Shown: positions 38,823 to 51,438, numbered from the stretch's first letter. The stretch: 64,000 nucleotides of DNA from Paraspadella gotoi (GCA_051294375.1 CM119269.1:1752537-1816536), one strand, 5' to 3'. Translations and numbers: made by a program. Notes: a model not told the origin generated them from the letters alone.

Positions 38823-41800
38823 GTGAATCATGCTTTAGTGCAAGACGGACATGTGTTCTGTATTGAAGAGGCCATGCTGACGACACCTTTGGAGAGCGAC
38901 CTGGCGACGCTGGGACGATCCACGGTCGAGGGGAGTTTGATAGAATCTCCGAAGAGCGTCGCCGATGCCGCGGGATTCTTTAAGGACGGCGAAGACGAAA
39001 ACGCACGGGACGCGAATCTCCGTCGCAGGTGCGACGGCGATCGTCCCTCTCGCGGGGGAGACGTTTCCCCCCGGTACGGCGAACCTCCGTGCCGGTGCGG
39101 AGAGCGCCGCTCCGACGAGGGTCCGGCCAATTCCGCCCCTGACCCCGTCCACTGCGATTGCGGATTAAGCTCCGACGACATCTTTTACTCGACTCCCGAC
39201 GCCGCTCTGCCTCTTCGTGGAGAGGGCGTGTCTTCTACTCCGCCTATCGACCGCTCGCGCTCTTCTACTACGAAGTCAACGAAAGCGGCGATCCTCCGTG
39301 ACGCCGCTTCCGACTTCGCCTCGACCCGATCGGTCGACGACGCCTCTCAATGTGCCTTTTGGTTGTGTTACGTGCAGAACCGTTTTCCGCTTCATCTTCA
39401 TCATCATCATCATCATCACCATTATCATCATCATCACCACCATCGATTAATCCGGCGCACATTGAGCGACGGCGCCGTCGACGACGCTTCTCTGAAGGAC
39501 GATTCGGCGACGACGGGGGCGCCTCTCGAGTCTCTCGTCAAATCCGAACCCGTTGATTTCCTTCGTCGACATCCGAGTTCCTTGCCGCTGGATTCGAGCG
39601 AGGGAGCCGAAGGTTCTCCCGACTCGGCCGTCTCCGCGCTCGACACGCCCTCTCCATTGTCTGACGTTTCTTCTGGAGGGACGCCGTCCACGGATTCTGA
39701 CTCGCTGGAACGACGCCGGCCCACGACGCCTTCTGCCGACGAGGGCGTCCATTCGGGATCGGAGGCGAGCGGCGAGCTGGCTGGCGCCGAATCACCCGGC
39801 TCTACACGTTTGGACGATAACTCTCTCGAGGACGCGAAATGCTGCGGCGGCGTCGGAGTCTGCGGCGGCGTGGATTTTCCGCGTCAAGAAATGCCGAGGT
39901 TCGACGTCGATCGTTCCGAAGCTAAAACCGCGTTTTCGTCGTCGTCGTCGAATCGTTTTATCTGTGATGCGATGTCCGTGAAGTCTTCGCACCTTCATCG
40001 TCGCCGCAAAGACCAACTCAGTCGGCCCCGCGCTGATGCCGTCCCCGACTGCAACGCTTCGTCGTCGAGACCTCTCGCTCCAACCAGCAGCGGAGTTCAA
40101 ACCGCGAGCAAGTTCGGCGTCGAAATATCTCGATCTCTCAATCCCGCCAATTCGGAACCCGTGCAAAGGTTGTCCTCGAAAGTAGTAAACTAAACTTTAG
40201 TAGATGTTATGGATAATATGCAAAATTAATTTTATGGCATAATTTTACTTTCGCCGACTAGGGTTAGGAGTTGGGAGTCATTAGGGTTAAGGGGGTTTAG
40301 GGTTAAGGTAATTAGGTAATAATAAATTACTAAACGACTAAATTACTTTTTCGTTCAGCTTGAAACCTGGTTTCCGTTCGGAAAGCGACAAAATTCAGGG
40401 AGCCCCTCAGTCGTTTTCCTCAACTGCAAATTTCATTCCACAACAGCTCAACCTCGCGTTAGTAGGTAAATGGCGTTATCGTTTGTTTCCGCAAAACTGT
40501 TGATGATGTTAGTAATCCTGGAAAAATATTTGTAATTTGTAATTCTTTCCAGAATTGTCGGGATCTTCGTCGACTTCGTCGCCTCCCGTAAGTCGACAGA
40601 TCTCCTCCCGCCGCTGCTCCGAATCCTCTACCACTTCCTCCACGCAGCTCTCCTCCTCCGTGGGAAACTCTGCCGCTTTTACTGGACTTGGCTTTCAATT
40701 CAACGTCCGCAATAACCAAGTGCTTTGCAGGTTCGACTTACTAATGTTGAAGACTTGTGAACTAAACTTCACCTTCATCAAGTAAAAAGTAATAAGAGGT
40801 TTTTGCTACTAATTTTTTCTTTTATTAAAAGGTGGGACGACTGCAATTTCGAATGCTGCGACAACGCCGCCTTGTTGGAGCATCTTCGCAACCAACACGT
40901 AGATCCTCAACTGGTAGGATGGTTTACTAGCGAGTTCAATCGAGAGGATTGGTTGTTGTTTCAAAACTTGACTCTTCCGTCCTCCAGCACTCCGCCGAGT
41001 CGAAGAAAGCCTCTCCGTCCTCAGACTCGTCGAGGTTCGTTTGCAAATGGATGGGATGCAAAGTCTTCGATCGCCCCGCCTCCTCTTTCAGTTGGCTCGA
41101 GCGACACTACGTTTCCCACGCCGGCGCCAACGCCTTCAAGTGCATGATCGGCAAGTGCTTCAAGAGATTCAACTCCCAAATGGCACTCCAACGCCACGTC
41201 AACATGCATTTCAAGGGTAAGATTGACCGAAGAAAAAATTAAAATTGACGAATCGGAAGTTGTGTAATTTCGCTGTTCGTGCAGATTCTCTGGCGAGCGA
41301 CATGGAAAATCCCGACAACGCTCATCATTCTCGCGGCGAGGGGGCCCCTACCGGCGCTCGAAGTCGGGACGCGACCCCTACCAAAATCGGGGCCAAGAAA
41401 AAGAAGTTAATTAGGGTTAGGCTCAAAAGAGTAGGTAAGTCGTGTAGGAAAAATGTTTGTTGTGTTTTGTATCATCAAACTCATCTTGGGTTTGTCACCA
41501 ATTTTTTTGTTTGGATTTTAGTGCAATTTGAAGACTTCATGGACACCCATACGGTGGAGGTGCTGAAGCATCGTCTCGTCCGAATGGATACGTTTTTCCG
41601 AAAGCGAAATCTCTCGTCAGACGAAGGCGAAAAAGACCATCTACGTTCATTAAGGCGATGTAAAGTTCTAAAAGCTGACGACGAGACTATTGAAGACGAA
41701 TTAATAGGGAACGAACAACGGGATTCGCCCCCGAAGGTGAGATTTCGTAAATCGCGAAAAAAGATTTAGATCTATCCATGAAATTTCAGTTCCGAAACCA

Positions 41801-43050
41801 GAGTAAGTAGTATGAAGTATTCGAAAACCATTTCGAAAAACGTCTCGAAAACCTGAGTAAATAATATTAAGTATAAGCTTAGTACCCTATAAGTATAACT
41901 ATTTGTTCACTAATTACTAGTATACGAAAAAATGTTTTTTTGATTAATTGGTATTATTGCAGTTATTCGGACTGTAATTGATTAGTATATTTTCGTAGAT
42001 GTTATGCATGTAGTAAAACTTCATTATAATTCATACGCACTTTTTTCAGGTCATGGGTCAAAGAAAAATTCATGACGAAAGAGAAGTACTTCTCTCGACA
42101 GATTTACACATCGGGTAATTTGGAATGGTTTCTATGATGTATGAGATAAAATATCATCAATCTTCGATTTATTTGGTGACATTGTATTTCGTATTTCGTT
42201 TATTTGTTACAAACAACGATTTTTATATATACAATATACACCACCAATAAACCATATACCAATGACCCGAGCCCAACGGCAATGGAGAGACGAACTGAGT
42301 TGCTTCAGCAGTGGTTGAGGCTCCGGGTGCCCATTGCCTATGAAGAGGCCTCCAACTGACTGGTGGAGTAGAGAGGGGAACCATTCTGTGAACGTGGTGG
42401 CGTCCGGCATTCCACCACGCTTTTGATAAGTGAATCATAGCTAGGAGGGGGAGCTGGAATGGTCCTCCATCACGGTTCAGTGAGGGTTCGAGGACCTTGA
42501 TGTGTATAACCTCTCTTACCTCTGGTGTACCAATTGTTGTCAATTTGTCATGGGCCAGCAGGAGACAGTTATTTTTCCTAAACAGATGTCCTTTGCCTGC
42601 TACATGCTCTGCTATGCTGTTGTTGGCAAGCTATATATATATATATATATATTCCCCTTTTAATATTTGGTAAAATTTTTCACTTTGCGCTGATGAAGAC
42701 TCGAAACATGTCCGCTGTATATTAAGAAATCGTTGTTTGTAACAAATAAAAAGGTTTTCTCTATTTTTATTTGTTAAATAAGAAATGTTCTCGTTCACAG
42801 ACTACACCATTGGGTGAAGGCCGACTCGGCAACTGACAAAACTTCCCATCCTAATTTCGATTCTATTCGAGCGTTCGACCATCGAGATTTGGGATCGCTC
42901 CTCGATCTCTCAGGCGAGCGACGTCCCGGCTTCGATCACGTTCTCGACTCGGCAGCGCCAAAGAGGATCTCTCGCTTCACGATGGCCGACAACTCTTTTC
43001 CTCTGGAAATTTACCGTCGCCATAGATTTAGGCCGTCCAGACGCAAGTGA
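38823..43050 (+). CDS. AEBP2: AEBP2/Jing-like PRC2 cofactor with three C2H2 zinc fingers, about 9 exons
   Basis: ZF1 LCRWDDC...LLEHLRNQHVDPQ, ZF2 FVCKWMGCKVFDRPASSFSWLERHYVSH and ZF3 FKCMIGKCFKRFNSQMALQRHVNMH. Also a basic KKKKLIRVRLKR, FEDFMDTHT and a C-terminal YRRHRF. The long low-complexity first exon is 38822-40168 and the first in-frame ATG is at 38874. Confidence 0.88.
42199..42752 (-). mobile_element. 5'-truncated Penelope-like retroelement (GIY-YIG C-terminus) with an inverted pLTR, in the last AEBP2 intron
   Basis: Minus-strand frame SIAEHVAGKGHLF..N..LL....EVREVIHIKVLEPSLNRDGGPFQL matches the PLE endonuclease end. 42199-42235 and about 42716-42752 are inverted repeats (AAATCGTTGTTTGTAACAAATAAA). 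A (TA)n run marks the junction. Confidence 0.8.
42687..42715 (+). ncRNA. Minimal type-I hammerhead ribozyme motif
   Basis: GCG-CTGATGA-AGACTC-GAA-ACATGT-C-CGC: complete core, GCG/CGC helix I, palindromic ACATGT helix III and a GUC cleavage triplet. Helix II is rudimentary. Confidence 0.65.
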
Positions 43051-44129
43051 CTCGACCGCAGTTCCAAATTGTTGCAATTGCTCTCCACTTTCCCCCCAAC
43101 TTCTCCCCTGGCGTCCAGCCCCATTGCTTCTCCAGTTTATCAATCAACATCCGCACAAATATCCTAAATGACCAAATTGACCATTGACCAGAGTCATGAC
43201 AACGTTACAGTCGGGCGAACCTACCCAACTCCTCCCAGCCGTATCACTGCCTCCTTTTTCACTCGCTTTTAATTTGCAGTTTACGTGCGCCGTGTCAACA
43301 TTGTTTCTATGCAACGTTCCCAGTTATTCCAAAATCTAGTATTTGAATTTTGATAGAGGTAATCCATTCTGAAAAACACGCGCCCCTCTTCCTCCGCGGG
43401 ACAAAAAGTTACAAATAATGCCAAATGTAATGCATCAGATTTATGAAATCTGGTTATTCTTAATCTTATTTTGGTAGTTTGCACAATTGAAATTGTTGAT
43501 TTTTGCTTATTTACTGTATAGTAATTTATTTATTGATTAATGAAATATTATTAACTATTGACTGCTTGAAAAGAAAATTCTTGTATCTCATCGAGGACAA
43601 ACTAGCTGCAGAAAAATTTGTTCTCGGAATTTTTTTTTTTTCGTACTGTCCATTTCTTTAGAGGGGAGGGGAAACTCTCGCCATTTTGATTTTCAATTAA
43701 TTTTGCTAGTTTCTTTTTTTAATTCGTTTGTTAGTGCAACTTCTCATCAGATATCTTAGAATTATATAGCATAAGTTTTATTTTCATTCGTGTTTTTATT
43801 GCTTTAGTTTATCTGAAGTTATGATAGGTTTAAAAACGAAACTAAATTTAATTACCTTATCTCATAGAAATTCAAAACCTAAAACTTCGAATGTTATAAT
43901 TATTAGAAAAACATGATCATAAATTTCTAGGGAAATTAACAAGGCAAGGTGCCAACTCGAAAAATGTTGTTTTGCGAAATACCCATGGACCCACTCTACT
44001 CCAGTCAAATATATAAGCCGAAAGTGTTAGGCGAAATTTTTTATTTGCCAAAAAAACATTCGAATAACAAAGAATAAAAAATATAACACAAAAATATTAT
44101 TTTTCTTTTCCTTGTTTGTTTACTTACGA

Positions 44130-44321
44130 GTTTTATTAAGAAACTAATTTTCGGCTTCAATCAGCGCAAAAACGAATTGATTTGTGAAAAAAAAAATTTT
44201 ATAGACTTTAAAGAGAGAGAAAGTCTGTAAAAATATTTGTTTCACAAATCCATTCGTTTTTTAGCTGATGAAGGCTTTCATTGAAGCTGAATCATGTCCG
44301 AAATTTGTTTCTTTATAAAAC
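44130..44321. mobile_element. Inverted pair of pLTR-like remnants carrying a degenerate hammerhead
   Basis: Arms at about 44130-44210 and 44219-44321 are imperfect reverse complements. The right arm has CTGATGA-AGGCTTTCATTGAAGCT-GAATCATGTCCG (44265-44300). Confidence 0.6.
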
Positions 44322-46095
44322 AAATCACCGACCGGTGGTACCTAAGGTTGATTACGGACGTCGAATAGTAAATTATTATTGCGTTTCCCCCGAGAAATTA
44401 ACGAAGTAACCTGAAAACTCTTTTATAAATAGTATTACGAAAAATGATTATACTGCAGCCTACGTTGCACTGAAGCCTGTGGTAAAAAGTACGGCGTAGG
44501 TGATGCTCAATTTAACAAGTTTTTGTTTTAGGTTAGCTAAAAGGCAAACTAATCAGGACTAAGCTGCCCTCTACTCCTGTTATGAAAAAGTTTTAAATTT
44601 TTCTTCTTGATTGACAAAAGTTCTATTCCTCGAAGCTTGTCCGCTGAACTTGCCTAGTAAAGTACGTAGTTATTATTAAAATACATTAAAAGGTTACGAG
44701 CTATCTGTTTATGGTAAAATTTGACATTCACTGTTTATTCAGTGATAAAGACCTTCCAGTTAGTGATTTTTTTTTCGCATTTTTTTGAGTAAAAAAAATT
44801 AAAACCGCAAAAAAACAAATCAGCGTTAGTTTTTTTAATATTTATTACTTTAACCACCCTTATTACGTTTATAAAAATAAAATTGTGTGTGTGGGTAAGA
44901 AAGTATGTTTTTAAGCTTGCTATAAAGTTTCGATGGAATCGTTCAATTGAAAATGAGTTTTAATGGAAAAAAACAAAAGTTACATTTATTTGAATTTGAT
45001 TAATTGTTACTAATTGTTAAGTTAATTGACTGATTGATCGATATATTTTTTTTAATGATTTATTATGAAATATGTTATGATTTATAATCCAATGATCTAA
45101 AAATTATTTAAGTTGGTATTGGTGCAGCTACTGGTAGCTATTGATGGATCACTAAATGTACTGAAGAGTGGCTGATGACTGATGGCTTTACTCAATGAGC
45201 CACCAGGTCGCGACTGAAGGTATCATGCTTATAGGCGGGATGAACTTATGCAATGCCCGACTGCAGATCAACTGATTTATAGATTTTTTTTTTTCATAGA
45301 TTTATAAAGAAGACTGTTATGATTTGTTATGTTATCATTTTTTAATATCACAAATTGAAAGTCAAAAAGAATTATCGTGATTTGTCATCGCATTATTACC
45401 GCTTAATTATCGTAGGCAGATCCGACGTGGTTTGCTTAAACTGGTTTTAAACAACCCAGGTTTTTGCCAACCCTGCGTGAAATGGGGGCTTCGATGGGAA
45501 AAAGTGCTCAAAATTTCATTCGATACCCGTCAAACACTCAGTTACCACTGACCAGTCCTTTCGCGTTCAGCTCTTTCTCACTATCTCACTCCTTCAGTCT
45601 TCTCTCTCTCAAAAACGGAAAAAAAGGCCGGCGAAGCGAAGGAGACGAAAATCGATAAAAGAAGATTATCCTTTCACTTTTTCTTATTTTCGAGAGACTC
45701 TGTCTATAGATGTGATTTCGATGGATTTCCTTTTTTTTTCTTCGGGATCAACGAAGGAAGTAGGCGTGGTTTATTATGGGAGAAATAGGAGTAGTTTTAT
45801 TGACATTAAAACACGTTGGGATGATGATAATTAACATTCAAAATATGTAGATTATGCAGAGAAAAGGCAGGCAATAAACAATATAATAAATAGTCCATAA
45901 GGAGTTTGATGTTTGTTTCTTGAAGGTAAGTTGAAGAGTGATCCAGTTCCCTCTCTCGTTTCTCTGCCGTCGGTTACCTGAGGGAAGTCTCCTCTCTGAT
46001 TGGTCAATCAGAAGAAAAGACGAAGAAGCCAAGAGAGACAAGCCACTTGATAATCCATTCTCTGCGTTGGGATTTTTAAGTGTATATATGCGCAG

Positions 46096-49000
46096 TAAGC
46101 TGGATTGATTAACGAGTTAAGAACTACCTCTAANNNNNNNNNNNNNNNNNNNNNNNNNNNNNNNNNNNNNNNNNNNNNNNNNNNNNNNNNNNNNNNNNNN
46201 NNNNNNNNNNNNNNNNNNNNNNNNNNNNNNNNNGATTAACGAGTTAAGAACTACCTCTAAACTTTTTTGATGCTTGACTATGTATATAATAAAAATATGA
46301 AAATATTTTTTTAATATCATTCTCATCATTAGGCATTTTTTAAATTTTATATTTTTGTTAATGCTTCCGACAAGATTTGAGAATCTAATACTTCTGATAT
46401 TTTTCCGAGGCAAAGGCGAACGTCATTGGTTAAGCGAAAATACTCAACCAATCAGAGCAAAGAATTTTGCGTCATGAATTTTATCTTAAGCTGTGCGCCG
46501 GTCAAGCTATCAGCTGGTTGAGATTGACCGACGAAGGTTTTAAAGTTTTCATTTTGCGATTACTTTGTCATCATTTTAATTTTAATTTAACTAAAAATGG
46601 GTAAAATAAAAACTCGAAGCAATGAAAATTCAATAATTGGTCCATCAAAGCCGCTTATTCAAACACAACTACCGTCTTTTCGCGATGTTCTCGCTCATGC
46701 AAAATATAAAGCAGCAATTTTGTCAAAAGTTGATTACACGTTTTTTGAAGAAATTTCCTCCGACGTAATCGACGTATTTCGGAAAATAAATTCTGAACTA
46801 CCCATTCTTTCGGCAAAATCTCTTTCGTGGCGTTTTCGTAAAGAATGGATGGAACTACGCCTATTAACTCGTTCTGCTTCTCAAAAAAATCGACTGAAAA
46901 AATTTGCAGCTCGACTCGACGAACTTTATAATATAATGCTCTGCAAATGCAATATCAACACTTGTGAAGAGGTCGGGTGTGATAAGGAGTGTCAATGGAA
47001 GGCTCACATTGACTGTCTTTGCCCAGTCTCAAATAAAATTCCAAAAATTGAACTCGCCTTCCTTCTTGACCAAATGCGGCGCGGAAAAGAAAAGGGAAAA
47101 ATGGCTATGACCACGTTGGACTTTAAAGCCACTAGAAAAATAGCAAAACGACAAAAACTTAAAGTTAGACAATCAAATAAAATAACTGAATATAAAAAGT
47201 TAAAGGAAGAAGAGAGACTCGAAAACCAAAAAGAAATAAGTATTTCCATAAACTCTGCTTTGCAAGAAGATATTGAGATCGAAATCAACGACGCAACCTG
47301 GACTCCTCCATCTCGAATTCATTCAACAGGTTATATCAATATTTCTTATGCTTTTGATTCCATATTTCTTATCGTGTAATAATAATTTATTAATATTTAG
47401 AGAATGGATGAAGTATCGGTACATTTTTTTGTTGAAGTAAAAACATTTTTTTTAGGAAATAACACCCAAAATCTCGAAAATCTTGCACGGGAAGCGGACC
47501 GATGGCCGAACGCGTCCGACCGGATGGTGGCGGCGCTTGCGACGGCCGTCCTCATTGATTATGGCATTGTTACCGCCGGGGATTCAACGAAAGCCATCGA
47601 TCGGAACAAAGTTCGACGCGAAAGAGAAAGGATTCGAAAATCGATGTGTGAAAAACAAACTGAACTTTTAAAGGATGAAACCGTGAAAGCAATTTTTTTT
47701 GATGGTAAGGAAGTTGAAACTCGGATAATGATAAACGATGAAAATGGTAATAAAAAACTTAGCAAACAAAAACAAGAACACATTGTAATAGTAAGCGATC
47801 CCGACAAAAATTATTTAACGCACGTGACGCCCAAAGCAAAATCTGCCGGGCCGACAGCAGAATCGATTGTCGAGTTTTTATCTTTAAATCAGTTGTCAAA
47901 TGATATTCAAGTACTCGGCGGAGATTCCACACCGATTAATACCGGTCATAAATCTGGTGTTTTTTCGCGTATTGAGGAGGCACTCAAGCGTCGCTGTTTG
48001 TGGAGCGTGTGCATGTTGCACACGAACGAACTCCCACTTCGTCACCTTTTTACAGCTTTAGACGGCGAAACATCCGGAAAAGGTTCTTTCAAGGGAGAAA
48101 TAGGGAGACTTTTGTCGACTGTAGAAAAACTTGATTGGAATTATTCGTTTAAACCTATCAGCAAAATTGAAGAAATAAATCTTCCCGAGGAAATCGCCTC
48201 TGACCTTTCCTCCGATCAAAAGTTTTTGTTTTACGCGGTCAAATCAATTAAAACCGGAGAAATTCTTCCACAAATAAAATCGCTCAGGCCAGGCCCAGTG
48301 TTCCACGCACGCTGGGTTACCAATGCAAATCGACTGCTTTTACTCTATATGAAAAAAAATAAATTAAGCAAAGTTTCACGAAGTAATTTACATCACATTG
48401 TTTTTTTTATAACTACTAACTATGCTTTCCTTTGGTTTAAAATTAAGAGAATCTTCAATTTTAAATGCTCCATTTCACATTCTGAAGCAAATTGAACTGT
48501 TAAAACTTTTACCAAAATCTATCTTTAAAATAGTTTCACCATATACAAAATCCTGGTTTGCGCATCCTGAAAATCAATTGAGTGCATTTATGGCTTCATC
48601 AGAAAAAGATATTCGCTGTTTTGCAATTGAAAAAATTTTAAAAATACGAAATGGAAAAAATATCGGCGATGTAAGTGTTCGCACTTTTGAACCTCCCAAT
48701 CTCAATTTCAGTGCGACCTCAATATTTGAGCTTATTGATTGGGAAAAAGTTAAATGTACGGAGCCAATATTTTCTGCTTCTCTTTCCATTGTGGAACTCC
48801 AAAAAATAAAAGAATCACCACTTTCTGTACCCAAATTCAGCTGCCATACTCAACACGTAGAACGAATGGTTAAGGAGGTGACTGCAGCCTGTCAATCTGT
48901 AGCCGGATTTGAACGAAGAGACGGATTTATTCGCTCACGAATTCAATCTCGATTTTTATTGCCAAAGGCGGATACTAAGTCTGATTTTAATACTATTTTT

Positions 49001-49305
49001 GCGGTACAGTAAAATATGTTTTTGATTGCATGTTTATTTTTATTTCTTTTATTGAAATAAAAATTTGGTTTGTACCAAAAATACATTATTTATATTCTAA
49101 GTATATAGGAGGAGTTTCATAGGGGAGTGAGACAAACATTTTGAAAATCTGTAAATTCAACGGTTGTAAATGAAAAAAAATGCGTGTGATCCGGAGCATA
49201 TTTAATTAATTTTTTGTTATGAAATTCAAGTTTTGTGTATGAAATAATAAAAAAATCGGGAGGTAAAGGCTTTTAAAAAAATATATAGTATATCAATCCA
49301 GCTTA
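46096..49305 (+). mobile_element. Full-length hAT-superfamily (hATm-like) DNA transposon
   Basis: Perfect 14-bp TIRs TAAGCTGGATTGAT (46096-46109; reverse complement at 49292-49305), a perfect 8-bp TSD ATGCGCAG (46088-46095 and 49306-49313) and an internal transposase. Confidence 0.93.
46597..49012 (+). CDS. hAT-type DDE transposase, 2 exons, apparent frameshift near 48448
   Basis: Exon 46597-47329 (Cys-rich CKC..C...C...C....HIDC.C), intron to about 47456, then FFDGK, GDSTPINTG, CMLHTNELPLRHL (CxxH), HARWVT and CHTQHVER. The frame changes at WFKIKR/ESSILNAP. Confidence 0.85.
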
Positions 49306-50059
49306 ATGCGCAGCCATTGGTTTGGTATGGTACGATCTGTTATGATCACGAATTGAAAGAAGTATCGTCATTTTAGCTGATTACCGATTAATTATCGTAG
49401 GCAGATCCGACATAGTTTGCTCAAACTTTTTTTTTTAACGTTTGATAAGCCTTATGTTTTAGGCGAACGCTTTCTGCTTACGTCCGGAACTTTCATGACC
49501 TCAGTCTTCCTTAACGTCATCATCATCATCATTGCTATCATCGTCATGATCATCGCTTTTTGTTTTCGTCTAATTAGAGGCCTTGACAAGAGGAGACAAA
49601 TCTTTGACGCGCAGGGAAGCGAAAAACGCTCAACGAAAAGAAAAAAAAATGACGACGACGACGAAGGCAACGACTGTTAAGAGTTAAGACTAATCAATAT
49701 TTTTCCACCTTAATTAATCTCTTTAAAATCAAAGATCCGTCGTCATTTTGATATTTTCTCTCAATCAACATTTCTGAGTTGCTGGCGGCAGTGGAACTTT
49801 CATTTTCTTTTTTTTTTTTTCAACCCTTTTCATGTCCGTTCTGTACTAACGACGTATCTAGCAGTATCTTATCAATTAGTTAAGTTAAAACATTTTTTTT
49901 TTTCGAACTCGCACGGCTCCGACGACTCCCCCCCCCCCAAGTCCGCCACCCTTGGATCCGTTTCTTCGTCGTCCTCTTCAACATCTCCAACGCTCCGACC
50001 TCATTTCGACTACATCGTGACGACCGTACTATTTTTCCTCTTCGTCATCGTCGAATCTC

Positions 50060-50105
50060 GACGTTGTGGCAACAGAAACACGCGTGTTTCTGTTGCCACA
50101 ACGTC
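50060..50105. repeat. Perfect 46-bp spacerless palindrome
   Basis: GACGTTGTGGCAACAGAAACACG|CGTGTTTCTGTTGCCACAACGTC. Confidence 0.95.
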
Positions 50106-50487
50106 TTCTTTACCGTGATGATCATTGTTAAATAGTTTATAAATATTTAATTAGTTTTCGAAATTAATATTCAGTTTTATATGGAATACCAATAACGTTA
50201 CTAGCTTAAATTCTCAAACTCGTCCTCTATTCCATGATTTCATTGGTTAATATTTAGTTCTTAAATCTGATTGGACGAGACCTTTCTGATCCAATTATTG
50301 GTAGTATTCTCAAAAGTCGAAAGTCGTTTTTAATTGGTCTATTTAAATTTAAAGAAGTATAAAAGGGCAAGTAGATGTTAAACTTTTAGGAGATTGCCCA
50401 GGAAACATTAGGTAACATGATGAAATATTTGTAACTCTTTGAAATGAATTCTAATCATTGAAATCATCATTTCCGTCGTCGTCGTCT

Positions 50488-50519
<32 letters not shown>

Positions 50520-51021
50520 TTCGACATCGTCGCTCGTAGACGTCATCATCGTCTTCTTCGTCTCTCCTCAGTTCAAAGCGTCAATCGAGCGCCATCAACG
50601 GAGAGAAAGAGAAAATCCCTTGAGACGTTAGAATCTCGTTTGTGTCCCTTTGAACGAGGGTGAGGCTACGGGAACGCGCCACCTACTTTCCTCTTCACTC
50701 ACTCTTTTTTTTTTCCTTCCTGTCCGAGTCTCACTTATCTTTTTTCCGGTTTTCCTGTCCTTGTCTATTCTTACCCTTTCACTATTTCCTGTCCTCCGTT
50801 AGCCTTCATTTTTTCTCTTCTCAGGTCGTCTCATGTTTCTTTTTATTTTGACTAACCTCACCTCTCTTTATTTTCCACTCATCTCCTCTCCTTTCCTTTC
50901 CTCTCTTCTCCTCTCCTCTCCTCTCTTCTTCTCTCCTTTTCTCTCCTCTACTTTCCTCTCTTCTTCTCCTCTCCTCTTCACTTCTCCGTTTTCTCGTCCT
51001 CACCACTTCCCTCCCTACCCT

Positions 51022-51081
<60 letters not shown>

Positions 51082-51438
51082 TTTTCTCATCCATTCGTTT
51101 CTCTTTTCGATACTGAATAATTCTGATGTTATGAATTTTATTAATTTTAATTTTTGAGACGTTAAATTTGTAATTCTAAACGATTTTTCCCGTCGATGTT
51201 GCAGAATTTCTCCGATGACTCCATCGAGAGGTTCGGAGCAACTTAACATAATAAATATATTATTTAACTATGCATATTTTAAAAAAAATAAAAAATAAGC
51301 ATTATGGGCAGTTGAGCACGGCATTTCTTTTTTTTTTTTTTACTGTTCACTTAATCTTCATTTAATATTTATCATTTTAGTAACCTTTACAAACTCGAAA
51401 GAAATTCAAAAGAAAACCTTCGCGCGAGTTTTTTTTTC

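Noticed and set aside
38828-40166. Multiple antisense and alternative-frame ORFs over the AEBP2 and myosin exons
   Set aside because: Expected shadow ORFs of GC-rich coding sequence, with no independent motifs.
46106-46260. Direct repeat GATTAACGAGTTAAGAACTACCTCTAA on both sides of a 100-N gap
   Set aside because: Typical unmerged contig overlap, so an assembly artefact rather than a subterminal repeat.
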